In this document: positions 60,861 through 64,000 of the stretch, in pieces
How the letters are laid out: each line of letters begins with the position of its first letter
How positions within the stretch are numbered: position 1 is the stretch's first letter
Assembly: GCA_035458505.1 (NCBI GenBank)
Contig: DATHZS010000024.1
Span: forward strand, 23,296-87,295
Direction of reading: 5' to 3'
Origin: Anaerolineales bacterium
Lineage (GTDB): Bacteria > Chloroflexota > Anaerolineae > Anaerolineales > UBA11579
DNA: 64,000 nt
Notes under the pieces: model-generated
The model's input: only the letters and a program-made list of their open reading frames with translations
Databases searched by the model: none
What the model was told of the DNA's origin: nothing
Position numbers and translations under genes: made by a program

Positions 60861-61964
60861 TTAGCGGATCGCTTGCTCTGTTTCGTTATCAAAGACGTGG
60901 AAGTTCTCCATATTGAAGGTAACTTCGATCTCTTCACCCATTTTGTAATGAGAGCGGGGGTCTACCCGGGCAATATAGCTGGCATGCGAGCCGGAGTTGA
61001 GGAAAACATTAATTTCATTCCCCATCAACTCGGTGACCTCTACCTTGCACTCCACCTTAGCAGGCAAGATATCCTGAGGTTGGTAGTTGGGGTTATGGAT
61101 GTCTTCTGGGCGAATTCCGAAGGTGACGTCCTTGCCAACATAGCTTTCGAAGGTGGCTCGTTTTTCATCCGGGAAAGCCAGTGAGAAGGTTCCGCCATCA
61201 AAGAACAGCTTTCCATCCCCTTTTGTGATTTTTCCATTGAAAAAGTTCATCGATGGAGAGCCAATGAATCCGGCAACAAACTTGTTGTCGGGATGGTCGT
61301 ACAGGTTTTGCGGGGTGTTTACCTGCTGGAGGATGCCAAATCTAATCACAGCGATCCGGTCGGCCATGGTCATGGCTTCGGTCTGGTCGTGGGTCACGTA
61401 GATGAAGGTGGTCTCGAGTTGTTTGTGAAGTTTGCTGATCTCCGCACGCGTCTGGACACGTAACTTCGCATCCAGGTTGGAGAGGGGTTCGTCGAGCAGG
61501 AAGACGTTCGGTTCCCGGACGATGGCCCGCCCAAGAGCGACCCGCTGGCGCTGACCGCCAGAGAGCTGGCGCGGTTTCCGGTCAAGCAGTTCTTCGATCC
61601 CGAGGATCTGTGCCGCATCGCTCACCCGGCGTTTGATCTCGGCTTTGTCCATCTTCCGAAGTTTCAGGCCGAAGGCCATATTGTCGAAGACTGACATGTG
61701 AGGATAGAGAGCATAGGATTGAAAGACCATGGCAATATCCCGGTCTTTCGGGGGAACATCGTTGACAACCCGGTCGCCGATCTTAATCGTGCCTTCGGAT
61801 ATCTCTTCCAACCCAGCCAGACATCGGAGGGCGGTGGACTTTCCACAACCTGATGGACCCACCAGAACAAGGAATTCTTTATCCTCAATTTCGATGTTCA
61901 GGTCGTTTACAGCGATAACATCGCCAAACCTTTTGTACACATGATCATACGTTACACTTGCCAT
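60861..61964 (-). CDS. Carbohydrate-type ABC transporter ATP-binding protein (MalK/UgpC/MsmX-like), orphan
   Basis: 367 aa. Walker [10 protein letters not shown], signature [14 protein letters not shown], Walker [12 protein letters not shown], and a C-terminal TOBE/regulatory domain. No permease or binding-protein gene is adjacent. Confidence 0.93.
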   Translation of the reverse strand: MASVTYDHVYKRFGDVIAVNDLNIEIEDKEFLVLVGPSGCGKSTALRCLAGLEEISEGTIKIGDRVVNDVPPKDRDIAMVFQSYALYPHMSVFDNMAFGLKLRKMDKAEIKRRVSDAAQILGIEELLDRKPRQLSGGQRQRVALGRAIVREPNVFLLDEPLSNLDAKLRVQTRAEISKLHKQLETTFIYVTHDQTEAMTMADRIAVIRFGILQQVNTPQNLYDHPDNKFVAGFIGSPSMNFFNGKITKGDGKLFFDGGTFSLAFPDEKRATFESYVGKDVTFGIRPEDIHNPNYQPQDILPAKVECKVEVTELMGNEINVFLNSGSHASYIARVDPRSHYKMGEEIEVTFNMENFHVFDNETEQAIR

Positions 61965-62118
61965 AATCTTTTACCTCGCTTTCGTCGCATATATAGTGGC
62001 TTGATTATACCTCAATCGAGCTTGAGCAACAATTTTTTGCCACTTAAAAAATGATGACAAAAATTACGGGTCTAACAGGCTTTGAGGAATTGAAACATCC
62101 TTTTCATCAGGTAAATCC

Positions 62119-62147
62119 TTGCTCAAATCCAAACGACATCTTAGAAT
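62119..62147 (+). promoter_or_regulatory. Candidate promoter placed for a leaderless mutS transcript
   Basis: TTGCTC (62119-62124), a 17-nt spacer, then TAGAAT (62142-62147). The -10 ends 6 nt before the ATG at 62154, and no Shine-Dalgarno sequence is visible. Confidence 0.4.
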
Positions 62148-62153
62148 GGTGTT

Positions 62154-64000
62154 ATGTCTAATTCTTCAGCTTCAAAAATCAGTCCGGTTCGGCAGCAATA
62201 CCTTGACATCAAAGCAAAGCATCAGGAGGCGATCCTGTTCTTCAGGCTGGGTGATTTTTACGAAACCTTTGATGATGATGCTGAGCTGGTTGCGCGGGAA
62301 TTGGATATTGTCCTGACATCCAGGAATGTTGCCAAAGGAGTCCGGGTGCCGATGGCTGGAATCCCTCATCATGCGATGGAAAACTACCTTTCCCGGTTGA
62401 TCGAGAAAGGGTACCATGCCGCGATCTGCGAGCAGATCGGGGATGAGCCGGTCAATGGGCTGATGCCCAGAGAAGTGGTGCGGATCGTCACCCCCGGAAC
62501 GATTGTCGAGCCCGGCTTGCTGCCAGGAGACCGGAATAATTACCTGGCAGCCCTGGTTTTTGATGACCATCAGGCGGGTGTGGCGTATGTGGATATCACT
62601 ACCGGGGAATATGGGACTACTGAATTATCCAGCCGCGATATCCTGAATGCAGTGCGGGCGGAGATCAACCGCCTGCGGCCGGCAGAGATCCTGGTCCCGG
62701 ATTCTGTGGATGAAGCGGAACTGGGCAACGGGCTCCCGGGTTTCCAGACCGCCTGGCCAGCCTGGCGCTTTGAACCAGGCCGGTGTGAGGAAAGCCTCCG
62801 TTCTCATTTTCAGGTCGCAGCGCTGGATGGGTTCGGGTTGAGAGGACATTCGCTGGCAATCCGGGCTGCAGGAGGGATCTTGCAGTACCTGCGTGAGACA
62901 CAACCCGCAGCGCTCAACCTGCTCAAAAATTTAAGTTTTTACAGCCTGAATGATTTTATGGTGCTGGATGCCAACACGCGCCGCAACCTTGAGCTAATTG
63001 AGACGCTCAGGGATGGCCGGGTGAAGGGCTCGTTGCTGGGCGTGCTGGAAAAAACGGTCACACCCATGGGGGCCAGGTTGATGGGACAATGGGTCAGCCG
63101 GCCGCTGTTGGATGTCCACATGATTGCCACCAGGCAAGCGGGTGTAACCTATTTCTATGATGATGGACTCGGCCGAGGGGAAGTCAGGTCGGTATTGAAA
63201 CCACTGAACGATCTGGAACGGCTGACAAACCGGGTGGTTGGAGGAACAGCCCAGCCCCGAGACCTGGTAGCAATTCGCCAGACCCTTGCCCAACTTCCAA
63301 CGGTGTATGGACTCATCAGGGAGAACGAAGGCCCCCTGAACGAACTGCTCTCCCGGTTTTCGCCATGCGAGGAAGAACTGATCTTGCTGAACACCGCCCT
63401 GGCTGATGAACCTCCGGCTACGCTCCAGAATACCGGCATCTTTCGGCCGGGTTATTCCGATGAGCTGGATGCTGTCCTGGAAAGTTCTGAGTTTGCCCGG
63501 GAATGGATTGCCGGGCTGGAAAAGGTGGAACGCGAACGTTTGGGAATTAAATCCCTAAAAGTGGGTTACAACAAGGTTCACGGTTATTACATTGAGGTGA
63601 CTAAATCGAACACGGATGCTGTGCCCGAAAATTATATCCGTAAGCAAACCCTGGTGAATGCTGAGCGGTATATCACCCCTGAAATGAAGGATTACGAATC
63701 ACAGGTCCTGAACGCTGAGGAACGGATCCATGAGATCGAACTGCGGCTGTTCAAAGAGGTGTGTGCGGCCATCAGCCAGTCTGCTCCCCGCTTGTTAGAA
63801 ACTGCGAGGGTGATTGCAGAAATTGATGTCCTGAGTACTTTGGCAGAAGTCGCCGCGGTTCGCGGCTATACCTGCCCGCAGGTGGTTGAGGAGGATGTGC
63901 TCGATATCAGGGACAGCCGCCATCCGGTTGTGGAGAACTCCCTGCGAAGCGGAGAGCGATTTGTCCCGAACGATGTGATCTTTGAAGCGGGCGAACGGAT
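62154..64000 (+). CDS. mutS: DNA mismatch repair protein MutS, N-terminal ~615 codons; continues past the right edge
   Basis: MSNSSASKISPVRQQYLDIKAKHQEAILFFRLGDFYETFDDDAE..MAGIPHHA.. is the canonical MutS mismatch-binding domain. The frame is open to position 64000. Confidence 0.95.
   Translation, partial: MSNSSASKISPVRQQYLDIKAKHQEAILFFRLGDFYETFDDDAELVARELDIVLTSRNVAKGVRVPMAGIPHHAMENYLSRLIEKGYHAAICEQIGDEPVNGLMPREVVRIVTPGTIVEPGLLPGDRNNYLAALVFDDHQAGVAYVDITTGEYGTTELSSRDILNAVRAEINRLRPAEILVPDSVDEAELGNGLPGFQTAWPAWRFEPGRCEESLRSHFQVAALDGFGLRGHSLAIRAAGGILQYLRETQPAALNLLKNLSFYSLNDFMVLDANTRRNLELIETLRDGRVKGSLLGVLEKTVTPMGARLMGQWVSRPLLDVHMIATRQAGVTYFYDDGLGRGEVRSVLKPLNDLERLTNRVVGGTAQPRDLVAIRQTLAQLPTVYGLIRENEGPLNELLSRFSPCEEELILLNTALADEPPATLQNTGIFRPGYSDELDAVLESSEFAREWIAGLEKVERERLGIKSLKVGYNKVHGYYIEVTKSNTDAVPENYIRKQTLVNAERYITPEMKDYESQVLNAEERIHEIELRLFKEVCAAISQSAPRLLETARVIAEIDVLSTLAEVAAVRGYTCPQVVEEDVLDIRDSRHPVVENSLRSGERFVPNDVIFEAGER

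Overview
This is a 64-kb chromosomal window with about 52 protein-coding genes. I found no rRNA, tRNA, CRISPR array, transposase or integrase. All calls rest on reading the supplied ORF translations and the raw sequence for family motifs; no database or HMM search was possible. Most genes are housekeeping:
- DNA repair and recombination: recA (two copies), recX, uvrB, mutS, ruvX, ogt, radC.
- RNA and translation: rny, alaS, two YbaK/ProX-type deacylases.
- Central metabolism: two tandem maeB genes, ahcY with a PfkB kinase, apgM, and a partial tryptophanase-like gene.
- Envelope: an SLT/TPR lipoprotein, mltG, two M23 peptidases, a TolB-like PD40 protein, rseP, secG, an MscS channel.
- Transport: a heterodimeric ABC exporter pair, an AEC transporter, an orphan family-5 binding protein and an orphan MalK/MsmX-like ATPase.

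The gene content suggests a Chloroflexota (Anaerolineae-like) genome: RNase Y, lipobox lipoproteins, membrane-anchored PD40 and M23 proteins, multihaem cytochromes. This taxonomic guess is inference only.

The most interesting locus is 14589-18627. It is a tightly coupled four-gene module:
- a 2x[4Fe-4S] ferredoxin;
- an FAD/NAD(P)H oxidoreductase;
- a five-helix membrane protein with two H-x13-H pairs, as in NOX/ferric-reductase dihaem-b domains;
- a membrane-anchored cytochrome c with 21 CxxCH motifs.

I read it as a candidate split, NOX-like outward electron conduit, and I do not recognise it as any described extracellular electron-transfer architecture. It sits divergently next to a two-component system and an odd Gly-rich secreted protein.

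Other notable points:
- Two diverged but strongly conserved recA paralogs lie in different contexts. One is recA-recX-rny. The other overlaps a lipoprotein gene and has a long acidic tail.
- Two maeB paralogs lie in tandem.
- An M23 peptidase is fused to a clan-GH-A-like barrel whose acid/base motif is replaced.
- A membrane-anchored baseplate-J-like protein sits inside the alaS-ruvX-mltG cluster.
- A ParB/Srx-like protein has a degenerate motif.
- Two genes look leaderless.
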